This document shows positions 28,487 through 38,600 of a stretch of 64,000 nt of DNA, in pieces. Under the pieces are notes generated by a model, which saw nothing but the letters and a program-made list of their open reading frames with translations, did not search any database and was not told the origin of the DNA. Each line of letters starts with the position of its first letter. Position 1 is the stretch's first letter. The position numbers and the translations under genes were made by a program. Where the stretch lies: the IMG/VR virus record IMGVR_UViG_3300009095_001812, positions 56,990-120,989 of that record. One strand, 5' to 3'. The stretch is from a virus. Its lineage: Duplodnaviria; Heunggongvirae; Uroviricota; Caudoviricetes.

Positions 28487-31258
28487 ATGACCTCGATCAT
28501 AAGGTTTGATAATTCGTGTAAAATTGTAGATGAAGACGAAGACGTACTCAGGCTCCTAGATAAAGAGCTTTCCTTCAGAATCGAAGGAGCCGAGTTCTCT
28601 GCGGCGTTTCAGGGTTATGTCAATGATGCCGGTGAATTCGTAACATGGGATGGAAGAAGACACCTTCTAACAAGTACAGGGAAATTTCCTGTAGGTTTAC
28701 TTCCAAGAGTACAGGAATTCTTCGCAAGAAGAAATCAATACATAGATATTATCGACCAGAGAACAGATAAAGGAAAACCAACACCTATAGATATCTCTGG
28801 TAATCTAAATAGCCTGGGTATGACTGTTAGGCCATATCAGGAGCTTGCTGCGAACACAGCTGTCAAAACAGATCGTGGAGTGATTCGATTAGCAACTGGT
28901 GGTGGTAAGTGCGAATCAATTGATTCGTTGCATATCACAGAGGATGGGCTTCTTGATTATGAAGAAATGCTAAATGGTGTTAAGCTAAATGATGGGGATG
29001 TTATTGAATATAAAAAATCTATTAGTACCTCACCTAAATTTGGAGGTAAAGATGAAACTTCTATGATTTATAGAGATGGATATGGCCCATCCAGAAAGAT
29101 AACTACATCATTTGGCTACACTCAAACTGCTACACCAAATCATAAAATACAAGTAATTTCACAAAATGGATTTGTTGAGTGGAAAAAATTCAAAGATCTC
29201 AAAGAAGGAGATTATGCTGCTATTTCATATGGCAATATGATGTTTGGTAAAAATGATATGCCTTTAGATGAGGCATATTGGTATGGTTTGTTATTTGGTG
29301 ATGGTTCTTTAACACTTGATCATTCTATTAGTTTTACAAGTATGGACACTCACTTACTAGATTTTTCTAAAAATTATCTGGTAAAAATTGGTCTAAAATT
29401 TAGTGAGTATGATACTAAAAGTAAAGCTAAAGACATTAAAGTTTATAGTAAAGAGTACAGAGATCGTTTAATTTTACTTGGTTTAAAAAAAGAAAAATCA
29501 ACAACTAAAACAATTCCACGTTCAATTAGAAGTTTACAAAAAGAACCTTTAAAAATGTTTTTAAGAGGACTTTTCGAAACGGATGGATGGGTTGGTAAAG
29601 AAAAGTCAAAACCTGTTGTTTGTATAGGGCTTTCAAATAAAAAAGCTATAGATCAATTACATCTTATACTTCTTAATTTTGGAATAATATCGTCTAGGCG
29701 AGTGAAAAAAACTACCCATGAGGATAGTCATATATTAACAATATACAGAAGTCATCTGGATTGTTTTATTGAAAGAATTGGATTTGATCCAAAGGGTAGA
29801 AAATATAAAGAGCTTAATGATGGTGTAGCTAATTTACCAAAACAAAACTCAAATATCTTTATACCTTATCTTTCAAAAAGATTAAAAATAATAACTGACA
29901 GAATAACTAGTGATGACAGGGAAAATTGTCCAATACCCTGGAATACTGTTCGGTCTTGGATAGGCGATTCTTCTTGGAGAAACCCTACAAAAGAAAATTT
30001 AGTTAAGTTTTTATATTGGGTTGAATCTAGTTCAATATTGTTAAGATCAGAAGCTCAGCATATACTTAATGATATTGATTGTGTATTTTTTGATAAAATA
30101 TCAAAAATTATAGAAACAATAACTGACAATTATGATTTTGTTGTTCCAAAAACTCATTCGTTTGTTTCTCAAGGTTTTGTAAATCATAATACGCTCATTG
30201 CTGCTTTGATTGCCGCAAAGCTTGGCAAGCCAACAATCATCTATGTAATTGGTCGTGACTTGCTTTATCAGCTTCAGAAGTTTTTCAAAAATATATTCGA
30301 TCAAGAAATAGGTATCATCGGAGATGGCAAGTGTGAAATTAAAGATATAAACATCGCAACTGTTTGGAGTGTTGGTCAGGCACTTGGTTTGAAGAAAAAT
30401 GCATCTCTGGATGATTCATCAGATAAGGAAAAGAATCTTGATCCGGAGAAGTTTCGGAAGGTCAAAGAAATGCTCTTGAACACTTCAGTCCACATCATGG
30501 ACGAATGTCATCTTGCAGCGTGCGATACCGTTCAAACGATCTCTCGCCACATCAAAGCTGAGTACGTCTACGGAATGTCTGCATCTCCATGGCGCGATGA
30601 TGGAGCAGACATGCTTATTGAGGCGTTCCTGGGGCCACGAATCATTGATATTTCAGCTCGCGAACTGATCAGTTCAGGATATCTTGTAGAGCCAGATATT
30701 CGTTTCCTTGCACCTACTCCTTACAAGTTCAAGTCAGGACAATATCAAAAAGTATATTCGAAGTACATCGTTGAAAACGAGCAACGAAACGGAATGATTG
30801 TGAAAGGAACTCTCAAGATGGTCGAGCAAGGCTTCGTACCATTGGTGTTGTTCCACACCATAAAACATGGCGATACTCTCTATGACCAATTGAAGAAACA
30901 TACTTCAGTTGCACTTCTGAGTGGAAAAGATAATTCCAACGTTCGAGAAAAGATAAAAGATCAGTTAGAAGAGGGGAAGATAAAGTGTATCGTTGCAAGT
31001 AAGATTTTTGATATTGGAATTGATCTTCCAATTTTATCAGGTCTTGTTATTGCGGGGGCGGGAAAGAGTTCGGTAAGAGCGCTTCAAAGGATTGGTAGGG
31101 TTATCAGGCCTTATAAAAACAAGAGCTTATCTGCCGTTCTCGACTTTGCCGATCAGGCACCTCATCTATTTGATCATGCAGAAGTTCGCCGCAAAATATA
31201 TGAGTCGGAGTTTAATGTAAAATGGCCGCTAAAAGGAAATGGACAGACGAACAGTTAA
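28487..31258 (+). CDS. Superfamily 2 DNA helicase (UvsW/Rad25-like) containing an intein
   Basis: RPYQ, ATGGGK/T, DECH, GMSASPWRDDG, IFDIGIDLP and QRIGRVIR motifs. Confidence 0.9.
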   Translation: MTSIIRFDNSCKIVDEDEDVLRLLDKELSFRIEGAEFSAAFQGYVNDAGEFVTWDGRRHLLTSTGKFPVGLLPRVQEFFARRNQYIDIIDQRTDKGKPTPIDISGNLNSLGMTVRPYQELAANTAVKTDRGVIRLATGGGKCESIDSLHITEDGLLDYEEMLNGVKLNDGDVIEYKKSISTSPKFGGKDETSMIYRDGYGPSRKITTSFGYTQTATPNHKIQVISQNGFVEWKKFKDLKEGDYAAISYGNMMFGKNDMPLDEAYWYGLLFGDGSLTLDHSISFTSMDTHLLDFSKNYLVKIGLKFSEYDTKSKAKDIKVYSKEYRDRLILLGLKKEKSTTKTIPRSIRSLQKEPLKMFLRGLFETDGWVGKEKSKPVVCIGLSNKKAIDQLHLILLNFGIISSRRVKKTTHEDSHILTIYRSHLDCFIERIGFDPKGRKYKELNDGVANLPKQNSNIFIPYLSKRLKIITDRITSDDRENCPIPWNTVRSWIGDSSWRNPTKENLVKFLYWVESSSILLRSEAQHILNDIDCVFFDKISKIIETITDNYDFVVPKTHSFVSQGFVNHNTLIAALIAAKLGKPTIIYVIGRDLLYQLQKFFKNIFDQEIGIIGDGKCEIKDINIATVWSVGQALGLKKNASLDDSSDKEKNLDPEKFRKVKEMLLNTSVHIMDECHLAACDTVQTISRHIKAEYVYGMSASPWRDDGADMLIEAFLGPRIIDISARELISSGYLVEPDIRFLAPTPYKFKSGQYQKVYSKYIVENEQRNGMIVKGTLKMVEQGFVPLVLFHTIKHGDTLYDQLKKHTSVALLSGKDNSNVREKIKDQLEEGKIKCIVASKIFDIGIDLPILSGLVIAGAGKSSVRALQRIGRVIRPYKNKSLSAVLDFADQAPHLFDHAEVRRKIYESEFNVKWPLKGNGQTNS
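28910..30190 (+). mobile_element. Intein with LAGLIDADG endonuclease (427 aa) in helicase Walker A
   Basis: GGGK/CESI ... GFVNHN/TLI junctions; YGLLFGDG and LRGLFETDG blocks. Confidence 0.92.
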
Positions 31259-31974
31259 TCGAAGCTGTTAAGACATCAAGATCTGTAACTGAAGTGCTCC
31301 AAAAACTGGATGTCAAAAGTAGACCATCTGTGATGAAGAGGATTCAAGAGCTTCATCTTGATACAACCAGGCTTCAGAAAATTTCATCTGGTTTGAATTT
31401 GAATTTCAAACCCAATGCGTATTGGCGTAGATTTAAAGAAAGACTTGAATCCTATTCTGAGGTTCCATCTGACCAATGGAAAGAAGAACAGTTCCTTGGT
31501 CACATTCTCAAAAGATACAGAGATCATATGGGTGTTGAATTTGGACTAAGCTACAGCGGTCCTCCAACAAAGTGCAAGGAGATCTATTGTATTAGAAAAG
31601 TTGTTCTTTTCCTTGGAACCGATGATGGATCAACTATAAAGAACTATATAGATTGGGTGTTTGATACAAACATCATACCAAATAAAGTAACAATCAAAAG
31701 CATTGCTTACTTTTTTACAACAAACCTTGTTTTGAAATTCAAGGCAGAGCTGCGTAAGATGAATAAGATAACAAGGGCAACTAAACTTCCAGAAAACTAC
31801 ATTGAGAAGGTTCATAACTTAGAGCTTGATGTGAAAACATATGGCGATCTTGCTTTTGCAAAAGCTGCTATAGATAACGATCCGGGAGATAATGATCTGG
31901 CAATTTACTTCAGGCTTTTTGAAGAACTCAAGACAGTGGGGTTTGATGAAAAGGTGTTGAAGTCTTTAGGTTGA
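31222..31974 (+). CDS. Hypothetical protein, possible replication initiator/organizer
   Basis: Located between the helicase and DnaC/DnaB-like genes; N-terminal WTDEQLIEAVKTS..V.EVL.KL helical motif. Confidence 0.45.
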   Translation: MAAKRKWTDEQLIEAVKTSRSVTEVLQKLDVKSRPSVMKRIQELHLDTTRLQKISSGLNLNFKPNAYWRRFKERLESYSEVPSDQWKEEQFLGHILKRYRDHMGVEFGLSYSGPPTKCKEIYCIRKVVLFLGTDDGSTIKNYIDWVFDTNIIPNKVTIKSIAYFFTTNLVLKFKAELRKMNKITRATKLPENYIEKVHNLELDVKTYGDLAFAKAAIDNDPGDNDLAIYFRLFEELKTVGFDEKVLKSLG

Positions 31975-31975
31975 T

Positions 31976-32395
31976 ATGAAAATTGATACGGGTTCAGTAA
32001 TAAAGATAATTTGCAAAGGAAATATAATAGAGAATGGCGTGGTCCTTGAATACAACAAGGACCAGATGGTTCTTGAGTTAATTGATAAGTCACTGGTAAT
32101 TATTCTGAACCCGCAAGAAAATATCATCGCAATTAAGATGTCCAAACAAGAAACGGAGTCGAGCCCGAGGGATCGTGTGTTTGTTGATGCTGAGCTAAAA
32201 CCTCATAAATACGAGCGTAGAGAAGATCTACGAGCGGCCTCTCTTGCAGAGCTGCACAAAATGCGCGCAAACGCAGAGCGTCAAAAAGCAAGAGAATTGA
32301 TGAATAGCTTTGAACTCAACAAACTACCCGAGGTTAGCTTTGGATACCCATCCCTCAAATCCCTTCCTAAACATACCAAGAAGAAAACTCGATGA
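31976..32395 (+). CDS. Hypothetical protein
   Basis: Tiled ORF. Confidence 0.55.
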   Translation: MKIDTGSVIKIICKGNIIENGVVLEYNKDQMVLELIDKSLVIILNPQENIIAIKMSKQETESSPRDRVFVDAELKPHKYERREDLRAASLAELHKMRANAERQKARELMNSFELNKLPEVSFGYPSLKSLPKHTKKKTR

Positions 32396-33059
32396 TGCTC
32401 TAGATGACATCATGAAATACCACTCTGCGAATGGTATTCTAACTCCCGATGGAGCAAGGCTCACAGAAGCCTTTCATAGATATTGGCTTTCAAATATACC
32501 AGTTGATTATTGGTACAGAGATATGATTGATTGGCATGGGCCAAACAATCTCAAGAAGTACTACAATGAAATTACAGAAGATGTGCGGGGATCTTTCAGG
32601 ACAGGAAAATCCGCTCTCTTTGCCGGAAAACACGGCGTAGGAAAGTCCCTTACTACAGCTTGTATACTTAAGCGCGCAGTTGAGTGCGGACAATACACAG
32701 CGTTGTATGTCAACTTGGTAGATATCATACATGTGATGCTAACCACTGCGCCAGAAGTCAAAACACAGGGCAGAGAATTTCTACTTAATGTAGACTTCTT
32801 GGTAATAGATGAAATGGATTCTCGTTTCATGGGTTCAGAAAATGCAGCCGATTTATTTGGCCGCATCCTTGAGCCAATTATGCGAACGAGGATTCAAAAC
32901 CGCATGCCTTCTTTCTTTTGCACTAATACCTCAAAGATTGAAGAGTCTTTCTCTGGACCTTTACAAGCATCTATCGAAAGCCTGATGAAACTTGTGAAAT
33001 TGATTACTGTAATTGGTGGGGAAGATGCTAGGGATAAGATTAAAAAGGGTGAGTTGTGA
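32310..33059 (+). CDS. DnaC/IstB-like AAA+ ATPase (helicase loader)
   Basis: GKHGVGKS Walker A, FLVIDEM Walker B, R.QNRMP..FCTN; start uncertain. Confidence 0.8.
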   Translation: MNSTNYPRLALDTHPSNPFLNIPRRKLDDALDDIMKYHSANGILTPDGARLTEAFHRYWLSNIPVDYWYRDMIDWHGPNNLKKYYNEITEDVRGSFRTGKSALFAGKHGVGKSLTTACILKRAVECGQYTALYVNLVDIIHVMLTTAPEVKTQGREFLLNVDFLVIDEMDSRFMGSENAADLFGRILEPIMRTRIQNRMPSFFCTNTSKIEESFSGPLQASIESLMKLVKLITVIGGEDARDKIKKGEL

Positions 33060-33074
33060 AATTTGGAGACATGT

Positions 33075-34520
33075 ATGAACGAAGAGCTTGATCTTAAAAT
33101 CCTCAAAGGGATTGTTGAGGATAAAGTAAATGCCCTTACTTATGCTTATCGATATGATAAGGATTTGTTTGATGAAGACTCCGCTTTTTTTGGTGGGCTT
33201 GTTCTCTCTTACATCAAGCATTACCGCGCACCTCCGACTCGTAGAACTCTCAAAGAACGTCACGCTGGAAGTGAAGAAACTCAGCGTGTCATTGATACTA
33301 CATGGGATGAGATTGAGAACCTTGATTATGATATCAAGGAATTTTCATTTGATTTGGAGGAACTAAAAACTCGATTTCGGCAAAGAGCTGTAGAAAAGAT
33401 TCGAGAAAGAGCGGCTTCGGATGATCCTGATAATCCAAAAAATCCAGAGCAATATTTTACATCTCTTGCTATGGAAATTTCCAAGGCAACATCCCTTGAT
33501 CTTGAGAGAACTCATACCCAAAAACCTGTTGGAGACTATATTGATGAGTTCAGGGAGAGTTACCAAACTCAGTTAGAAAATCCAGGAGATTCCCCAGAGA
33601 TAAAGACTGGGTATTCTATGATTGATTCCGTGGCAGGTGGAATTGCACCAGGCGAACTCATTATGATTGGCGGGGAGACCAATTCTGGTAAATCCATGTT
33701 GCTAAATAATATGGCAAAACAGATTTGGATGCAGGACAATACTTTAGAGAATCCCGATGCGGGTAGGGGTTATAACATCCTCTATTTTTCCTTGGAAATG
33801 CCATATAAAGATTGCTTCATACGCTTTTTAGCTTCTTTGGCCAATGTCCCACAGCGAGCGTTGGCCAAATCTACATTAGATACCCAAGAAAAGAAAAGAG
33901 TAGATCTAGCTTATGACTTCATCAAAAAATATCAGGAGAACGGCTATTATTTTGACATTGTAGATGTTCCGCGCAACCTTACCATTGAGGAGGTGGAGTT
34001 ACGATATCATGATGCGATGATGAGATACAGACCAGAAGTTGTAGTCGTTGATTACATGGGTTTGATGCATTCCAAGACCTTAGCCAAAGAACAAGACTGG
34101 TTAAAGCTTGGTGGAATCTCATCTTCACTTCATGAATTCGGCAGAGCATATGATAGTGCAGTTATTACAGCCGCTCAGCTGACAGATTTGAAACGAAGCT
34201 CACAAGGCTCTCAAGAGGAGGGTAAGCGAGTTGGCGTTCATCGCTGGGGGCGTTCAAGTCTTATCATGCACAATGTGAATTTGGGTATTCAAATTGAGAC
34301 GAGACCCAATGAGCGTTCTTTTCCAGACTTAAAGATCCATGTAGTTAAAAACAGAAAGGGCCCTCTTGGGCAGGGCTCCCTAATTAAGAATTTCGCAAAT
34401 GCTTCTCTGGTTGATGTTCCATATGATCAGAATGAGATACCGGGAGATGTATCTGCAAACATACCGGCATTGATAAAAGCAATTCAAGAACAAAAGAATA
34501 AAGAAAATGAGGCTAAATGA
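33075..34520 (+). CDS. DnaB-like replicative DNA helicase
   Basis: GELIMIGGETNSGKS, YFSLEM, VVVDYMGL, AAQL and VVKNRKG motifs. Confidence 0.9.
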   Translation: MNEELDLKILKGIVEDKVNALTYAYRYDKDLFDEDSAFFGGLVLSYIKHYRAPPTRRTLKERHAGSEETQRVIDTTWDEIENLDYDIKEFSFDLEELKTRFRQRAVEKIRERAASDDPDNPKNPEQYFTSLAMEISKATSLDLERTHTQKPVGDYIDEFRESYQTQLENPGDSPEIKTGYSMIDSVAGGIAPGELIMIGGETNSGKSMLLNNMAKQIWMQDNTLENPDAGRGYNILYFSLEMPYKDCFIRFLASLANVPQRALAKSTLDTQEKKRVDLAYDFIKKYQENGYYFDIVDVPRNLTIEEVELRYHDAMMRYRPEVVVVDYMGLMHSKTLAKEQDWLKLGGISSSLHEFGRAYDSAVITAAQLTDLKRSSQGSQEEGKRVGVHRWGRSSLIMHNVNLGIQIETRPNERSFPDLKIHVVKNRKGPLGQGSLIKNFANASLVDVPYDQNEIPGDVSANIPALIKAIQEQKNKENEAK

Positions 34521-34696
34521 ACACTTATGATACAATCGCTAGAGGTATTAGAATGGAAATAGATCCAAATACCGGTGATTTATATTTAGTGTTCAAAGTT
34601 ATCGATGAAGACTTTAAAAAAAGAGTTCGAGAAAGTTGGAACGATGATGTACAATTACAAATCCTTGGAAAGGATTTGATAGAGAAACGGAGTTAA
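34517..34696 (+). CDS. Small hypothetical protein (59 aa)
   Basis: Overlaps the DnaB stop and fills the gap: MNTYDTIARGIRMEIDPNTGDLYLVFKVIDEDFKK... Confidence 0.55.
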   Translation: MNTYDTIARGIRMEIDPNTGDLYLVFKVIDEDFKKRVRESWNDDVQLQILGKDLIEKRS

Positions 34697-34698
34697 AT

Positions 34699-34959
34699 AT
34701 GCCAACTTATGAACATCTATGTAAATCATGTAAACACGAATGGAGTCAGGCCTATAGTATTCATGTAGACCCTCCAACTCAATGTCCTGAATGTAAAGAA
34801 GAAGGACATGTTCAAAGATTAATATCAAAGCCTGGTAGTGTTAGGGTAGAACTTCATGGTCGAGAACTTGTAGAAAAACTCTGGAAAGAAGGAAAGGATC
34901 TTGCTCGTAAAGCTCGCACAGATGAAAATGTTGCAGCGGATTTATACGGACATAAATAA
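34699..34959 (+). CDS. FmdB-family zinc-ribbon protein
   Basis: MPTYE..C..C...CP.C...RLIS motif. Confidence 0.8.
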   Translation: MPTYEHLCKSCKHEWSQAYSIHVDPPTQCPECKEEGHVQRLISKPGSVRVELHGRELVEKLWKEGKDLARKARTDENVAADLYGHK

Positions 34960-34975
34960 CCTTTATAGGAGAGTT

Positions 34976-35632
34976 TTGAAAAAAGAAGATGAAGTACAAG
35001 AAATAAACAATTTGTTAAACAAATTGGTAGACCTTCGTAGGAAGTGTTCTAAATCTAAGAGCAAGAAATTGCATAAAGAGTTTGATGACATGCAAGCTGT
35101 TTGTGCAAAGAGATTAGATTATTTAGTAGAGGCAAGAACTAGAAAATACAAAGGATTTTCTAACTATGACGATCTGAAGCAAGATGGAAGATTGGCATTG
35201 TATCTTGCCTTACAATCTTATGAGCCAGAAAAAGGTGACTTTTTTTGGTGGGCCAATAAGTACATAAAAACAAAGATTAGTCGAGAGGCCAATCGACATT
35301 CCACTATTAAAATACCACTCAAGCACACTAAGCACGTCACACCTTACAAAGTATCTCAGTTACCTGTAATTGTTGATAATACTCCTGACGCTTTTGATAC
35401 AATCAACAAGGATGAATCTTCTTGTATTGTACGATCTGCTGTAAGTAGATTACCAGATAATCAGCGTAGGGTAATAGAATTACATTACGAGATGAATCTT
35501 AGTAACCGCCGGGAATCTTTCTCAATTGGTAAGATTTGCGATAGGTTGAATATCTCACGCGGAAGTTGTGTGAAGCTGCTCAATGAGGCTAAGAAAACAT
35601 TGAAACAAGAGTTATCTGAATTAGGAATTTGA
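34976..35632 (+). CDS. Sigma-70 family RNA polymerase sigma factor
   Basis: Region 2 DDLKQDGRLAL..ALQSYEPEKG.F..WA; region 4 LPDNQRRVIELHY...HTH; probable TTG start after AGGAG. Confidence 0.8.
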   Translation: MKKEDEVQEINNLLNKLVDLRRKCSKSKSKKLHKEFDDMQAVCAKRLDYLVEARTRKYKGFSNYDDLKQDGRLALYLALQSYEPEKGDFFWWANKYIKTKISREANRHSTIKIPLKHTKHVTPYKVSQLPVIVDNTPDAFDTINKDESSCIVRSAVSRLPDNQRRVIELHYEMNLSNRRESFSIGKICDRLNISRGSCVKLLNEAKKTLKQELSELGI

Positions 35633-35634
35633 AT

Positions 35635-38600
35635 ATGACAATTAAGGATGTTGAACGCCAGGGAATATCTGATGAAGTTTGGGAACAAAACTATAAATCT
35701 CCAAAAGACCAATCATTAGATGATACTTGGACCAGACAAGCAAAAGCTTGTTCAAGTGTTGAAGAAAAATCTATAAGACAACAAGTTTATGAAGATTTCA
35801 AATGGCTTTTAACTGATTTCAAAGGAATTGCTGGTGGTCGTATTACAGCAAACCTTGGAGTGGAGGGTAGAGAGGCTACCACACTCATGAATTGTTTTTT
35901 GCCAGGTACAAAAGTACTAACTGTAAATGGTTATGTATCAATTGAAAATATTTGTGTAGGAGATAAGGTACTTACACATACTGGTAATTGGCAAAGTGTT
36001 CATAATACTTTGTCAAGGTATTATGAAGGCGAAGTTGATTCTTACAAATCAAGTTTGCTAAATAATACTGTTGTTTGTACTACTAATCATGAATTTTATC
36101 AAGGAAATAATGAATGGACAAAATCTCATAATAATAAAATTCTTGCACTACCATTTGTAGAAGATTGTGGTGAATATTTTACAATTGATATTCAAAGTTA
36201 TTTAGATGAAAATATAATACATAATAAACTTGGTACGTATTTGGTACAAATAAAAAATGATGATGATAAAGTTTGGCATGAAAAAGATTTTATAGGTGGT
36301 AATGGAGCCAGAGGGACAAAATCTTCTGTACCTATAAATAAAAAATTTCGTTTAGACGAAGATGCCGCTTATCTTTTTGGTAGATTTATTGGAGACGGAT
36401 CTGTTTATTCAACACAAGGAAATGAGGTTATTAATGGTGTGAATATAGTATTTTCAGATCTTGAAAAAGATCATATGAAAAAATGTAATTCAATAATAGA
36501 AAATACATTTGGAATTTCATTTAATGAAAATATGGGTGATTCTTTTCATTATTTACGAAAAGCAAATATTGTGCTGGCAAGTTTTTTTGCGTCTGTTTGC
36601 GGGATTGGTGTTGATAAAAAACGTGTTCCTTCTTTTATCATGGAATCAAAAGAGTCTGTACGAAAATCCTTCTTACTTGGACTTCTTGACTCTGATGGTA
36701 TGGTTGGAAAAAATGGAGTTATAAAACTAACACTTTCTAATGAGAGTTTGATTGATGATGTTAAGTTTCTATTTAATTCTATAGGTTTAATTCCAAGAAA
36801 AAATGCTGCATATGTATCTCATGTCGAAAATGCAAAACCAGCATGGGTTTTGCAAGTAAGCGCATCGCAAAGCCAATCAATATTCTCAGATCTTTTAAAG
36901 GTTTATGCTGATGATAGGCTTTCGCAGAGTTTTGGATCTAAAAATAAATTCCATAAATATGGAAAGAACTTTATATCTTCTGATTTTGAAAAATCAACAT
37001 ATTCTTACAAAGGAATGGTTTATAACATATCTGTAAATAAAGATGAGAGTTATGTTGTAGAGGGAGTTGTTGTTCATAATTGTTTCGTTCATAACCCTTC
37101 GGACATTGGGTACGCAGACTCTGACTCTATTCATGGTATCTACAAGATGCTTGAATGTCAGGCTCAAACACTCAAGTCCGAGGGTGGTTATGGAATGAAT
37201 TTCTCATGGATTCGTCCTAATGGTTCGTACGTTGCCGGCATTGATTCTAGAACACCAGGCGTTCTAAACTTCATGGAGCTTTGGGATACATCTTCAAAAA
37301 TCATTACCATGGGCTCAGAGAAAGTTCTTGGTGAAAAGCGTCCAAACGAAAAGAAGAAAATTCGCAAAGGTGCTCAAATGGGTATTTTGGATTGCTGGCA
37401 TCCTGAAATTGAAGATTTCATTGAGGCAAAACTCGTAGAGGGTCGTCTATCCAAGTTCAATATCTCTGTTGGTATCACCGAAGGCTTCATGGAGGCTGTA
37501 CTCAATGATACAGACTGGGACTTGAAATTCCCTGATACAGAATGTAAAGAATACAAGAAACAATGGTTTGGTAATATCTACGACTGGGAAGCAAAAGGTC
37601 TTCCTGTTATTGTTCACAAAACCATCAGAGCAAAAGATCTTTGGACAAAGATTACAAAGTCTACATATACCAGAAACGATCCTGGTGTTTTGTTCTTCGA
37701 TCATATAAATAAGATGAATCCTCTGTACTATGCAGAGCGCATCGCTACAACAAATCCATGCTTTGCAGGATCTGAAAGGTTTTTAACAGAAACAGGATAC
37801 ATTCGATTTGATGAAAGCTCTCAACCGGCAAATATTTTGGTTGATGGTAGAATCTCTTATCATGATGATGGACCAGAGAAGCCTGATAATTGGAAAATAT
37901 CCAACGAATATTGTGGTACAGTTGTAAGAGAAGCAAGTTCTGCGTTTATTACCAAAGAATATTCTGATTTGCTATTATTAGAGTTTTCTAATGGACAAAC
38001 TCTTAAGTGTACTCCGGATCATCACATAGCTACTTCTGATGGTATGGTTGAGGCGCAGTATCTAACCCCTGAACATGAGATTTTAGTACCTAGAACAACA
38101 CCTCCTGTTTCAAGTATTTTCGGAAGCATTCCAAAATCTAAAAATGAAAAAGCTTCATTTCTTATGGGGCTTATTACAGGAGATGGTTGTATTCATAAAA
38201 ATACAGCTCATATAGATTTATGGGGTGATGATCGTGATAGGATGAAAAATATTTGTTGTGAGATTATCGATTCTTTACATGATGATTCTCCGGACTTGGT
38301 TGAAAAACCAAAAAATTGGAAAAACAGACAACTTTCGAAATATTACATATCAGAATCTGATAATAAAATAAGAATATCTTCGACATGGCTTAAGTATTTC
38401 CTGGAACAAATTTATGCATTTGATAAACGCGATGTTCCTGAGTTTGTAATTCAAAACGCAAGAACAAGTTCTGGACAGTTTTATTTAGCTGGTTTTTATT
38501 ACGCAGACGGAACTGTTTCTAAAAATAAACAAAAGGGAATATCTGTAAGATTAGCTCAAAGCAATAAAGAAATTCTTAGAAGCGTTCAGCTTATTTGTCA

